Positions 1 to 13,938 of a DNA stretch of 64,000 bases are shown here, piece by piece (position 1 is the first letter of the stretch; each line of letters opens with the position of its first letter). This stretch comes from Lytechinus pictus (taxonomy: Eukaryota), in the NCBI RefSeq assembly GCF_037042905.1, contig NC_087245.1, positions 992,001 through 1,056,000 of the forward strand, in the 5' to 3' direction. Made by a program: the position numbers and the translations under genes. The notes beneath the pieces were generated by a model, which was not told where the DNA came from, did not search any database, and saw only the letters and a list, made by a program, of their open reading frames with translations.

Positions 1-167
1 TTATGTAGATCAATCGTTCGACGAAGGGGGAGATGTCTTCTCCTTTTCACATGTCTTCTTGTTTAGCTCTAAATAGATTATCATTTTGGCTGTTTCACTC
101 TTTTTGTAGATTTCCTTTTCTACATCTCTGATTTAACATCTCTGTTTATTTTCTTCCTTTTCTTTGT

Positions 168-169
168 TT

Positions 170-202
<33 letters not shown>

Positions 203-262
203 TTCTTCTCCTTATCCTCCCCCTCCTCCTCCTACTTCTTCTTCTTCTTCTTCTTCTTCTTT
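168..262. repeat. (CTT)n/(CCT)n microsatellite
   Basis: Visible trinucleotide runs. Confidence 0.9.
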
Positions 263-1210
263 TTCTATGAAAAAGGGATAGTTGGTCGTCATTCCTCATG
301 AAATCTAGTTATATAGGATATGCATATGCATTATTATAATTATAATATGCATAATGTCGACATTCGCAGAACTATTTCTCGAAGAAAAGTTTTTTTTTAA
401 TTTAAAAACATGCTTCTTAAAATTATGTGTAAATCGAGTTTTCAAACTCAGCAACTGGCTTTAATAGCAAAACGTAAAAAATTGTTTTGGAATCTGGTAA
501 TGAGAAGGAAGGTTTTATTTAATCTACATGATTTGAAGCTGTCGTTGCAAAACTGCCTTGAATAACAAATAAGGGGCGAGCTTACTGCTAAATTCTCTTC
601 GCATTCGACTTCTCTTACATTTTTCCTGTTATTTGAAAGTGATCCTGACACGACGATGAAAAGGTGAGGAGAAAAGTTCTCCGTTCACGCCTCTTCTCTC
701 TCTTTATAGTTATATCCTTTTTTTAATCCAGATGGGGAAGGATCAATCTTGAATATTGAATGAAATCAATAATTTGATCTTGACGTAGGATCCTACTCTG
801 ACACCCTCCTCCTTGAAATCGATCCCATTTATTCCTAGTTTTCTTCTGAATTTCCTTTCTAACTCTAATTCTCTCCGTGAAGACTATTCTCGCCCCTCCC
901 CTCTTGTTCTTCTTCTTCTTGCTCCTTCATCTTCTTCTTCTCCTCCTCCTCCTCCTGTGCTTTCTTCTTCTTCCATATCATCGTTTTCATCTATTTTGTT
1001 CATGACTGCTCATTGAGTCTGTCAGTTGACTGCAGCAGGATAGTATCAAGTGCGTTGAACCCGGAACAAAGTGAATGTTGTTCACTCTTTTGAGTGCAAG
1101 ATGTATATGGATTTCTGGATAGGCCAGGGGTGGGGTCTGCGATCTGCTATAATTTTCTTTGGCCTTCAAATTCAAACATATCCATGGATACTATGATACT
1201 TATGTCACTA

Positions 1211-1488
1211 CACTGTTAAAAAAACCTGATTTTACAGAAAATAGAAGATTTTGCAAAAAGAAATAACAGAATCATTCTGTAAATTCACAAAGCAGGATTT
1301 TTTCTGCAATTTAACAGAACAAGTCTGTTTAAAAAGGGAAAAGGGTGTTTTATTAAAGGAAATTTGTAAATTTCCATACACCAAATACCAATTTCCCGTA
1401 AGATTACGCAATCTGGTAAGATTACAGGTGTTCTCGAGACTCTGCTGCAGGAACTTCTTTTATTTTAAGGATAAATTTTCTAACAGTG
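1211..1488. mobile_element. MITE with CACTGTTA termini and TA target duplication
   Basis: TA|CACTGTTAAAAA ... TTTTCTAACAGTG|TA. Confidence 0.75.
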
Positions 1489-1561
1489 TATCAAAGCATT
1501 TATAGCAGCTATACCCCCCCCCCCCAAACAAAAAAGGCATTAAAATATGAAATAGACTTAA

Positions 1562-2116
1562 AGGGAAGGTCCAGGCTGGAGATATTTATATCTCAATAAA
1601 TAGAAAAAAAATTCACAAAACAAAATGCTGAAAATTTGATCAAAGTCGGATAACAAATAAAGTTATTGAATTTTAAAGATTTGCATTATTCGATGAAACA
1701 GTTCTCGGCATGTCTTTATGAATATTCATTAGATGGGCTTTTGTATTTTATTAGATGAAATTAAGTTTATTAAAAATTTGTAAACCCAAAACTAAAACAA
1801 TTGGATTGCCAACTGATTAGGTGTATTAGTTATTTATTGCCGGAACTTATTTCATCATAACGGAGACACATCATTTACACATGTATGAAAAAATGAAAAA
1901 ATAACATGAATTCGTGAGGGGGATGTGACATCATCAGCCCATCTGATGAATATTCATGACGATGGGCGGATAACTGTTTTCACAAAATATTGATAAACTT
2001 TAGAATTCAATAACTTCGTTATTTGTTAACCGCTTTTGATGAAATTTTCAGCGTTTTGCTCTGTGAATTTTTTTCTATTTATTTACAGATAAATATTTTC
2101 AGCCCGAACCATCCCT
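1562..2116. mobile_element. Non-autonomous DNA transposon with TTAA target and long imperfect TIRs (Kolobok-like)
   Basis: TTAA|AGGGAAGGTCCAGGCTG ... CAGCCCGAACCATCCCT|TTAA. The arms stay complementary for ~180 bp (e.g. atgaatattcattagatgggc / gcccatctgatgaatattcat). Confidence 0.8.
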
Positions 2117-2441
2117 TTAATCCCGCCCCTCCCCCATCACTCTTTCCATCTTAACTCTCCTCCTTTCAAGATTGTCAGGTTTTTGTTTTTTTGGGGGGGG
2201 GTGTAAGAGCATCTACGTGTAATAGGGTTCAAGTGCTTTTTAATTAAAATCATTACAATCGATCTTTACATGGAAGTAGACCACTGAACCAGCCATTAGG
2301 TGATGCTCTCAGTCTCTGTCAAGAGAGATCGCTCTTCTTTTAAACCTCCCTATCATATATGAAGAAGTCAATTTAGAGTGTCAAGGGAATTCAAAATGGT
2401 AGCTGGGATGAGAGGGAGATGAAGGGGGAGGAGTCAATCAA

Positions 2442-2967
2442 AGGACAAGTCCACCCCAACAAAAAGTATAAGAGAAAAAGTCAACAAGCAAAACACGGAA
2501 AATATCAAAATCCGATGTAAGTTATGACATTTTTAAGTTTCGCTTCATTTCACAAAACCGTTATAATTATGCACATCCTGGACGGTATGCAAATGAGAGT
2601 ACTGATGACGTCACTCACTCACTATTTATTTTGTATTTTATTATTTTAAAATATTCTAATTTTCTCCTCATTGTCCTGTATTACAAAGTTTTACTCCTCA
2701 CTAAACATGTACAATTACTATTTTGTTAACATTGTGATTCAGTCAAGTTGGTCATTGTTGCCAATATGTAAAAATTGATATATTGTATGATTGAAAAAAA
2801 AAAGAAAAAAAAAATAGTGTGTGAGGGACATCATCAAATTTCTCAACTGCATGTCACTGAGCAGTGCATAGAACTGTTTTGTGAAAAATAAACGGAACTT
2901 AAAAAATTATCTCATTATTTAACATCTTTTATATCTTCTTTGATTTTTCTCTTTGTGGACTTGACCT
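2442..2967. mobile_element. Second TTAA-type (Kolobok-like) non-autonomous element
   Basis: TCAA|AGGACAAGTCCAC ... GTGGACTTGACCT|TTAA. Internal motifs (gacatcatca, aactgtttt) are shared with the 1562-2116 element. Confidence 0.75.
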
Positions 2968-3654
2968 TTAAAGGGAGCAATCTTGAAAAGGACCTGTCAA
3001 AATAACAAATATGTTGGTGAATATTAGTCCGACTAGAAATATTAGTGAAGATTGACCGATGTCATGGTCATTATTATTAACTACCACTTAGCATGGTCCC
3101 CCCCCCCGCCCCATCTTTTTTGGGTATTTTAAAAATCTCGAGGTCTTTCTATATATAGGTACGCTATTATAGTTACTGCAGTTTTGAAGCTTTGTGATGT
3201 TGCTTCGGAATGTAAGCTGAATCATTCTCTATAAATATTTACAGTCGTGACAGTACACACAGTTTTTACTGACATCAGAAATGATGTAGATGTATAGTGA
3301 GGGATATTAAAAGTGTTACCGCATTGACAGTATAGCTAATGAAAAAGTGGATTTGTTTTCTTAACGGTGGAGAGGAAATTAAAAAATGACGTTTTATTAG
3401 ATATATATACGCACCCTGGAGGTCTAGATGAAATACGACAATAATATATTAATATATTATGTACAGAATATACTACTATAGAAAACAGAAACAGGAATAG
3501 CCAGGGAGAGAGTAGTACAAGCACACACTCACCCACACTCTCACAAGCACACCCTTATACACATCTTTACCTACTCCTTTCGCAAAAACATCACATAACC
3601 TTCCCCGGTCTGCGTCTCCCATCTTTTTTTATTTCTGGTTTTCAGTATAATAAC

Positions 3655-4464
3655 AATATATCTTTTAAAAATGGACGATATTTTGTTCATTTTTGCCCAA
3701 AATTGAAGTTTTATTGACCTTGTCAATTTCCCCGTAAAAAACACGACAATTTCCATAGCAACAATAAATGCATAGAATTGATATGACAATTCTGTGCATT
3801 ATTTCTATATCATCATCATCATTATCAATTTACATCAGCATTTTCCCTTATTATTTTATTTATTATCTCAAGCACCATGGCCAACAATTCTTTCTTTGTC
3901 GACCATTCACCCCATTCAGAACAACCTCATTATTTTCTTATTTTTCACTACTATGCCAGTGTTAACTTCAAATTCCATCTTTCATGATTTTGTACCAATG
4001 TACCATTAACCTCACAATGTATATTATTTCACTGTTCTCTGCTTTTTTACATTCTAATCATATCCTTTCATACCTGTTCACATCTGAAGACAAGGCATCC
4101 AAACACACTTCAAACCACTTTCACACTGGAAAAATAATAAGAAATTTAGGCATGTGAAATAGAAGGTAAGGGATTATTTAATAACATTATGCAGAGCATC
4201 ACAATGTAAAAATAAAAGAGTACAAAGTGGTCGACCTTTGAATAATATCATAAAAGTGTTTTCATTCGGATGATATTATCTAAAGATAAAACACAGCTTC
4301 GGACAATTTTATCCGAATGGTTACACAGCTTAGGATAATATTATCCGACTAGAAACAAAGCTTCGAAATTGTCATGTTTTTTACGAGGAAATTGACAAGG
4401 TCAATAAAACTTCAATTTTGGGCAAAAATGAACAAAAAAATTGTCCATTTTGAAAAAATATATT
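3655..4464. mobile_element. Foldback/MITE with ~100-bp inverted arms
   Basis: 3655-3753 is reverse-complementary to 4365-4464 (ttgttcatttttgcccaaaattgaagttttattgaccttgtcaatttcc). No clear target duplication. Confidence 0.7.
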
Positions 4465-7400
4465 CTTTATAATTGTACATTTGGTTATTGTTTGTTTTTC
4501 TCATAATGCGAGTGACACCAAATTAGATTGATGATAAATCATATCATTCCTTTTTATAGAATACACAGCTGCACCCCAATCTTTTGTAAGTTGATCTCCC
4601 AATTTTACTGTCTCCTTTTCTCAACCATTCCTCTACTTTCCTTTCGTATCTATCCCTCCCTAGCTTAATGCTGTCATCCTTCAGACATACTGCATGTACT
4701 GTCTTAAAATGGCCGGAGGTTGGGAATACAAATCATTTGATTGAAAAGTTCATCTGTAGCTCGAGAGTTTGACGTTTGGCATTTTATCCATCTTCTCCAT
4801 GAGAATAGCCTCTAACGAACAATGCCAAAATAGCCGTACCGTTCCGGTTAAAATCGCTTCTCTGAAATTATTAGATTATTAGGATTTGGAAATAGGCAGA
4901 GACCTTCATAAGAACTGTATTATGGGTCAGTTCCATATTCTCTGAAAGAGAAAATGAATACTGCCATATTCTTTCTTTCGGCTCTTAACAAGAGGAAATT
5001 ACTTTCATGACTGGTATAGTATTCCATATTCCGTCAATCTGAGTATGCTTGAAAAAAATAACTCTATTTATTCATTCCCTTTTCTGAGTTTTGAGCCTTT
5101 TTGTTCTCGTAGTTACGCTGAGTGAGTATCGAGATTGAATCTGAATGTTCGGAAAGTAACTTTTATCTAATTAACCCGCCCCCATAAAAAAAGATCATCT
5201 AAACGAAGTCATCCATCTGATAAAAGTGTCAAATGATGAGCATACGGCCCATGGTAGAATACCTACCTGAAATATGATTATGCTTTTGCTAACATGGGAT
5301 CAGTTTTATGAAAAAAAAATGTGACCATAAGCTAGCCTTTTTAGAGCATGATATTCTGCCTACTTCTACGCTACGCTATACGCTTTTCATGCATATCAAA
5401 GCGTTTTAACAATTTTGATGCAACAAATTAACCTAGAACAAACATGAAATCATTTGATTTCAAAAGAGAGAGAGAGAGAGAGAGTAACGGTAATTAGTAC
5501 TAGGTTTAACATGCATTTCCCTTTATGTTTAATTTTTTTTATTTGCTTAGGGGTTAGGGTAGTCCCGAATGATATGACGTCATAATGGTAATAGATTTTC
5601 TTTCCGACATGTGTCGCGGATAAGCAGGCTGAATAATCTAATAAAGCGCCCCCTGGCGTGCTTACTTTTTCCTGTCATCCGCTGCTGATCAAGTATTAAA
5701 TTGTGTTTGTAACTTTTAAACGTATTATTACGTGAAGTGTGAACAACTTTCCTCAAATTATTTCGTTTTATTCCCTGGTAATTGCCATGTGATGTAGCCT
5801 TTACATATAATGTGCACAAACCTCGATCGTGACTCGTATGTAAATTGATATATAACAGAAGACACCTAGACTCAGACTGGGTACCAATGGCTACTAACCC
5901 TTCTGCTTCATGGTTTATTATCAAGAAACAATTTTACCTTAGTTGACAGTATATCTTGTTTGAATATGATGACTGTTGGCTGATCTACATAACACGAGCT
6001 ATCAAAGCTTATCTACCGTAGATGTGGACTAACTGATCACATTGTTGGGGCCGAATCGAATCTCGTTTTCCTCTTTTTGTCGGATTCTTATGACGGGCAT
6101 AAATTATTTGTTAGTATATACCTGATATAAGGGTTATGTCGAGAAATGAGTGTGCATATACTGCGCGATTTTCTTTAGTTGGTAAAGTACATGTGGTGCG
6201 ACAGTCGTTAAGTGTGGCGTATGAAATATTCTCACGTCGGATCATTTAAAGCGACACATTAATCGAACGGAACAGAACCTAAGATCGGAAAACTTGGGAG
6301 AGAACTTCAAATATCTTCTTCCCTTGTTCTACCCATCCACCCCCCCCCCCCCTTCCCCACCAGCTCTGCATCTTTGCCCATATCCATTGGCAACCCTAGT
6401 TGGCCTCGCCACACTTCCTAGTGCCCGATCTCTTCTGCTCGTCACTTGTAATAATCATGATGATATCGATGATAAATAGAGTGTCATTATCCTGTTCGGA
6501 TCTGTGCCCTGCTGCATCGTTGGTTAGCTCGACCTCGTCATCATTTCCCGTGACAAAGGCGAGATGCGCATTGGCCATGTCGGACGTCACGGCACGCCCT
6601 CTCCGGTGTCCTGATGAACAGTTGACACCCTTGAGTACAGTACAGCAATGTATTCCGCGGTACTTGTTAAGACCGCGAGTCAGTGATATTTACTTACTTT
6701 AGGGGCTTGCAATAATTTACTTATTCAGTTGAAGCAATAAACGAAGTTTAAAAGATATAGATAAAAAAGTTGAATCATTATGAATTTTTCCTCTTTATCA
6801 AACAAGTGTTTTTTTTGTAGCATCCCGATTTTTCAAAGTTTTCCAGAGATGAAATTAATATCTAGAGCCTGATCGCACACATTGTCTTGATGTGATTCAA
6901 GTACAGGGGTGTGGGAGAGAGAGAGAGAGAGAGAAAGTGTTGGGGATGAACAGGATAAGTTCCATTGTCATTCATAGTTCGGTGACTATACGTTCTTAGT
7001 AACGTTAAATATAGCACATTCATGACCCAGATGTACACATCCATCATAAACTCACTGTACTGACACGCTAGAGCCTTCGTACAACAAACCAGGGCTGTAT
7101 TTCGCCAACTTACCTACATTACACAATCATGTTTTAATTGCACTTGGGTCGTTCTACATTTCCATTGTTTAACATGTTGAATCGATCTTATATTCCAAGT
7201 TATAACCTTCACAGCAGTCATGTCGTTTTGAATTGCTCATGATCGCCTTAGATATTTCCTTCTACATACCTTTCGGATTGTTCAGATACCTCTCGGCTTT
7301 TTCTCCTTAGACCCAAAGACCTAGTTCAAGTAGTACATATTATACCAACCCCTGATAAATCTTATGGATAACCAGGAGGCATTCACACTTCCAAACGAGT

Positions 7401-10400
7401 GTAGAGTATGTTGGGGATGTCCCAATCACGAAGTAGGCCTATTGTTGTAAAGGGGTTAGTTTGTTACACCTAGCATCGCCATTATTCCCTAAAAGGGGTC
7501 TGATGTACTGATGTATGAGACAGGTCTTCTGGATTATATATTAATTTTTTATTTGACTTTATTTATACAGGATAAAATCATGATAAACACAGCTGTTTTA
7601 CACCATGGTTCTGATACAACAGATTAAAAAATTGAATATAAAAAAAAGAATCATCAAATATATTAAAAATTACAAATACAATTCAATATAACAAAATGAC
7701 TAGGGAATTCATGATAGAAAGTAAAAAAAAAAAACAATATAGTAATATAATATAGTATGAAGCTCATGAAATACTTTCATGTGACAGTGATATTATTCAT
7801 TTTGACCTACATTAATTGAATCTGTCTTTCTGCTATCTCAGCAGATATTGTCATGATTGTAGTTATTCAAAGAGAAGGTTATAATCCTAGGTGTATCTGT
7901 ATGTTTCTAAACCCTGGGAATGAATAAGGTGATTGTGTGATACCCTCGATATAAAACCTCCCCTTCTAATATAAATCCCCTTTCACATTAATCTCACATG
8001 TTACTCATCTGTGATGTCATCGCAGAAGGATGACTTGCTAACATTAATGTCATTTACTGCACATTATTCTTATCGCAAGTAATTTCTATATTGATTATTA
8101 AACAGTGTTAAAAAGGAATTATAGATCAGAAGCTTAGAATAATGTGATTTTTTTAAACGTAGGCCTTTATCATGTTTATGCAAACTTAGTACATTTTCCA
8201 TCTTATATTTCAAATAACTGTTTCGAATTATGGGAATGGATATTTTATCACTATAGCAATGAAAGATATTCGTTAACGAAACTTATTGATTATTTAAACT
8301 TGAAGTATTGAAACTCGCCATTCATCATGTACGTACTTCTCATTGTGTATGATCTACCTCGAAATGGTTGAAGTATAATTAGTCATTTCATTACATTCTC
8401 CTCATCTGTCACTTTTTTTTCCAAAATCTGCTTTCTTCTCTCACGTTAGAAGATTATTGTATAATCCCATCAAACAAATGTGTATTAAGAAAACGGATGT
8501 ATTCCTGCTGAAGCGGGAGTTGAAATAAATCAACTAGCAAATATCTGGTTTTCTGTCATGTTTGTTGGATTTCTCGATGAATAAGTATGTTCAAAGTCAT
8601 TATTCAAAGACATGTAGCAGGGTGGATTTGGTAGAGATTAGGTGGTTTTCAGTTTTTGAGCGTGATATATTGCTTTACGGAGTGACACATTCATGATAAA
8701 CATTATTATGATGATTTGAGGGAACGTACCAGGTTGTTTGGCTGCTTTGTCATGATCTTTTGATTTGGTGACATTATACGATTGTGATTTGATCCTCACC
8801 TACTCATAACGGAGTTTATCTTATTCATTTATTTCACATGTTTGAATTGAATGATGTATTACCAAAAATCTCGTGTATATCTGTTTAAGAATAGATACAC
8901 ATAGTTTGGTCCTATCGTGTCTTCAATTCATTTCTTGAATTCCTTCGATCATTCTCTTTGTATATTCTATTTTTTTTCATCGTTTCTCTTGATCTATCTA
9001 TTTCTCTGTTTAATGTTATAAGTGATCGACATATTTTACTATCTTGATCACCGTGATGGTTGTTGTCCTTTATGTATCACCTCCCTTTTATCAATCTGTT
9101 ATTCCTCACCACAGAGAGCTATTATATACGACAATTACATGTAGTTTGTAATGATTATAGTATATACTTTTGTAACATTTGTTAATTTTTTAAGTTGAAA
9201 TAAAGTCATTAAGATATAGCCTCTTTCACCATTGTCTACCCCATCACGTAAATGACCTCCCAAGAATGATTTCATTATTCGATGACTCTCGTGTCTGCTT
9301 CATACAATCGTGAATATTAGTCATAGTAATTACAAGTAGTCACGTCTAGTTAACGTGTTGTGTCTCTGTGTATACAAGGTCCCAGCTGTGTTAATGTGCA
9401 TGGCATCACGTCCAGGAACAGTAGTAGCTTCCGTCACGTTCTTCAACTGGAGAGGTTGCAGTGTCGAATCCCTCGTGTCTCACGCCCCTCCCCTCCCACC
9501 TTTCATCTCTCTCTCTCTCTCTCTCCCTTTCCCCATCTCCTCTATCTACCTCTATCATGTCTATCTCATACCCCTCTCTCTTTCCCCCACTTTCTTTCTT
9601 CCATTTTTATCCCTCTCTTTTCCATTTGCACATTTCCTTTATGAATGATATCTACATGTACAATAAGTTTCCCGACATAACCCAGTTTATACATGACTGT
9701 ATTTAAATAGAATAAATAAGAAAATTGCAGAAGTCCCAGAATTTGTGAATGGAACAACAACAATGTATACCACGTTATATCCTTTGTTATGATGCAGTGC
9801 GACACCTGGTGTTTTTTTTTTTTTTTTTTTTTTTTTGGGGGGGGGGGTCAAATGATGGAGCATGCGATACCTATATCTAACAAATCAACTATACCAATGT
9901 GAACACACTTTTGTGTGTTATCATCACAGCTAGCAGGCCTAAGACCTGTGTAGAATGCAGCTAGCTTTTAATGACCCGGAGACATCCAGGGGGAACATAC
10001 ACGCCACGGTAGTTACTCATGTTTATATCCCCATGGACTAGAAGGAAGATTCCAACAATCTGACCATCAAAGCTCATCTTTCATCAGATTGCAATATCTG
10101 TTAGGCCCTCGGTTGATATCCAATGGATTACATACATTCAATTGATAAATTGCCTCTATGGTAGTAGACTATATATAGTTGCCAAGAAGAGGGGATCTAT
10201 TATGCATTAGCTTTATAGTGGATAGGGTTGATAGTATTCTGGAAAAAAAAACATGACAGTCTTAAATAAAATAAAATCATTTCAGAATCATATGCAATTA
10301 TACAAATATACCGAATATCGTAAATGGGAAGTTTAACTTATCGACAAAAGTGGCTTGATACGAGGAGAAACAGTGGAGAAAATCATTGGTTAACGTTTGA

Positions 10401-12551
10401 CGAATATCCATGCAATCAAGAAGACAAGCATTATTATATACGATTTAAATTCTAACTTGTGACGTCATATGCGATCGCATATCCGCTTCAAATGTCCTGT
10501 AATATAAATTCCATAAGTTCTCATAGTCTATTGGTGTATGATGACTTTGAATGTCTTTAATAATAGACGAATGTCGGTCTTTTATTTTGTAAAGAAGAAA
10601 TTAATGGTAAATGCTATGATTTCGTTGATTTATTTTCATCATTTCCCATATAGAAATCGGAAAATGATACAAATCAAGAGGAATGCAATGAAAAACTCTG
10701 GCCTACATTGCACCTTTACCGAGGGAATTAAGAAACTCCTTATATACCTGAAGAATCTCCTTATATACCTGTTGACATGAACGTTTAATTAATATCCTTC
10801 AAGTCAGCATCTACGGTATCCGCAATGTATACGAAACGGCGTCAAAACAAGAACACCCGTATTATCACCTCGTTAACGTCATTGCCTGTATCATAATTTA
10901 AACTTTTCCGCCAATTTCCTGCATTTTTCCAAAGATAAAGATGGTGTCAGTAAAGATAACTCTAAAACTGATTGAAATATGGAATATTATCCAGGTTATT
11001 TCCTGTTACAAAATGCATTCACGATAAAATGCTTAAATAAAAAATGAATATTTGCAAACAATATTCTTTCATTGTGGCCTGAATAAATGCAAAGTGTTTT
11101 TTTTTATATATATCTTTAGCATTGACAGAAATCCATTCAATGCGGCCTTTAAACTTTTGACTGACCAATGAATAATATTTTTCTTTCAAAATAATTGGAA
11201 AAAAAAATGAATGTATACTTTACTATTTTCAATATTTTTTTAAATACTGCAATTTATTCATTCAACATATTCATCAGCCAATCTACAGGTCCTTTGCCAT
11301 CAATACAATACCTAAACCGTTGTTATGGTTACCGTTTAATGATATATAAATTATGTATAATACGATCGTTGAAGATTGACGTAATTATAAGCACAGACTA
11401 CATAGCATCAAGCACTAGTGTTCCATCCTATACATTTTGCTCCTAACAATTATCATATGATTTATGGCATGTTAATCCTATGGTATCATACCATCTCAGG
11501 CAGGTAGATCTCCTCTTGATATCTTAATGCAATAAAGAGAGTCAGATAGATAGACGCGTACTGACATCTCATTCCTTGGAGGATCACATGATCTAGAGTC
11601 TGAGTCACGTGATTATGTCATTAATGTTGTAGTTCTCTGGATGTGTTTTCCAGTAGATGCCAGTGACATAAACGTCATGATGGTAGCACCCAAGATGACA
11701 TGATAGATTGGGCTTGTGGGATGTAGGAGAAGACAGGTTGGGATTGATCAAACAATATAGGATATGTAATTGGAAATTATTTTTTTATGACCTGCTTTGG
11801 TTAGTTTCATGTCGGGAGTTTCTAGGACATTTGGCTTACACCATATCGATGTAAATGGCCTGTAGAGAACTCTTAAGAATAATTTATAAAATATGAAAGT
11901 CGAATTTTATTAAAGTTTTTAGTGAATTGTTGAACATTGATCTTTTCTCATCGTTTTATATAGTTCTCACAATTTATGTGACCTTTTCTTAAATTCGTCC
12001 TATGTGGTTCCATGTCGCACCATCTTGTGTCTGACCTTGTTTATTCACGTTCCTCCTTAAACAGTGAGGCCATCCCAATCAACGTCTTGAGAATGACAGC
12101 TCATGAATGCATGGAGCAGGGAAGAAGCTCGGTTATAAACACTTCCAGTACTTGTCTTATGCTTGAATTCAGTTTTAATTCACCTTTTGTGATAGACTAG
12201 TGAGCAAGATATGGTGTTAACAAATTAAAGACTTATTTCACATTTTACTATTCACTTCTAATTCTTTCTTGATCATTATCCAATAATTATATCCAATTTT
12301 ATTTTTGTATATAAAATAAAATCGTAAAAATAGAATAATGCCGTCATTACTGCAAACTGACAAGCTTTTCGAACTCCCATTTATTATTATTATCATTATT
12401 TATAAAACTGTTCAAATAACCTCACTAAAAAAAAAATTGTTCTTGTCACCAGACTTACGATTCAAGGAATGATACCTTGCTCAATGAATTCGAATCCTGA
12501 ACCTTGCGATCCATATACCAGTGACTTGCCCACTGGATCATTTCACAGTAG

Positions 12552-12565
12552 GTTACCATGGCAAC
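12552..12565. promoter_or_regulatory. RFX X-box consensus match GTTACCATGGCAAC
   Basis: Exact fit to GTNRCC-AT-RGYAAC. Function not shown. Confidence 0.4.
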
Positions 12566-13504
12566 AGAATACAGGTAGATGATATCTCTCTTCTAACAAA
12601 CGAGACATGACAGATACAATATCGAAACCCCAAACTCAAAACAGGTGCCTTTATTCAAATCGCCTCCCACCCCCTTCAGTCTCTCTTCTCAACTTTCATT
12701 TTGAAATAGGTTGGGGCATGAGAGGATATGATTCATTGTTAATATGTATGGATAGAGTATTCCTCGGGGTGTAGATTTGTAAGCTTTTCTCTTCTTTTTC
12801 CCTGAGATTGTATCTATATTTTCATGGCTTGAAGCGTTGTAGACATGTTTTCAATTTGCACGATGTTCTTTTCTATCAATATTGATCTTGTCATTATTAC
12901 AATGGACATGTCGGACGACCGCGATGCTGGCTAAACAAAATTGATATGCTTTTGTCGATACAAACAACTAAAAATAATTCGTTTGAGACGTGTAGTCACG
13001 AAGTAGCAATTAAGTGAAATAATCACAGCCATACCATACCAAATAAATCCCAAAAGTGATCTCGACAAGTTTCATTAATTCACGTATAACTGTCGCAAAA
13101 AATTCGTCCAGAAACTAACAATACCTAGCAATTTCATACTTTTTTTCACACTAGATTTGCACCTCTTGTTGCCTTGATCGTATGGTTACATCTGTTGAAG
13201 GTTTGACCTTACCATTCTTTAAGTCTTAAAAAGTCTTTCTCTCGAAATTGCCTCTTGTGTTGCTATTCTAAGAGGTTGTGAAGGTGCTGAATAAAACAGA
13301 TAAAGCTCGAACCTCAGTCACATTACCGTCTTAAACAACAGCGTGACGTTAAAAGAGTAATGACTTATACTCGTTTCATCAAGGCGATATCGATGAACGT
13401 TGCAACTTCTCGTAATATAGGCTATACTGATTTAGCACCATCACAGAGCGAATCTATTTATTTGCGCTTTATCTTACCACTTCATTCATGATTATTGCTC
13501 TATA

Positions 13505-13795
13505 TTTGCTTGCCATACCCAAAACTCGTACAAAAACAGGTGATCGCACATTTAGTGTTACTGCTTCTAAAGAATGGAACAACATGAACATCCCCACTTT
13601 CATTAACTCATCAAATTCTTCAGATCAATTTAAGAAACTTCTAAAAACATACCTCTTTTCCGATTAATTTCTTTTGCGTGTATTTGTATTGTAATTATTA
13701 TGTACTTTTGTTTTAAATCGTTTGTAAACGCTGTGATATAGTTAACTATGGAGAGCGTACTAAATGCTAGTTATTATTATTATCATTATTATTAT
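13505..13795 (+). mobile_element. L2-type LINE 3' end relic
   Basis: Translates LAIPKTRTKTGDRTFSVTASKEWN...FKKLLKTYLF, the typical L2 ORF2 C-terminus, then a short UTR and (TTA)n tail. Confidence 0.8.
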
Positions 13796-13876
13796 ATACC
13801 TGTATTACCTTCTTCCAGTGTAAATTCTAGCGACTATATCTAGAATGCATGCTATCCTATTTTGTATATGAATATT

Positions 13877-13938
13877 GGCCTGCTTGGGATCGAAACCCCG
13901 ACTCTGGGGCGGGTGTTCTACACTGACTGTGCCATCAT
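13877..13938 (-). mobile_element. Degenerate tRNA-derived SINE head
   Basis: Minus strand shows A-box-like TGGCACAGTCAG and B-box-like GGTTTCGATCCC. Confidence 0.35.

Noticed and set aside
6294..6702. GC-richer patch with overlapping ORFs
   Set aside because: No convincing splice sites or homology. It may be regulatory, but that is unsupported.
9811..9847. Poly-T directly followed by poly-G (also ~28139 and ~55470)
   Set aside because: Homopolymer low-complexity tracts, common across this window, with no supportable function.
10730..10771. 21-bp tandem duplication
   Set aside because: An ordinary local slippage duplication with no further structure.
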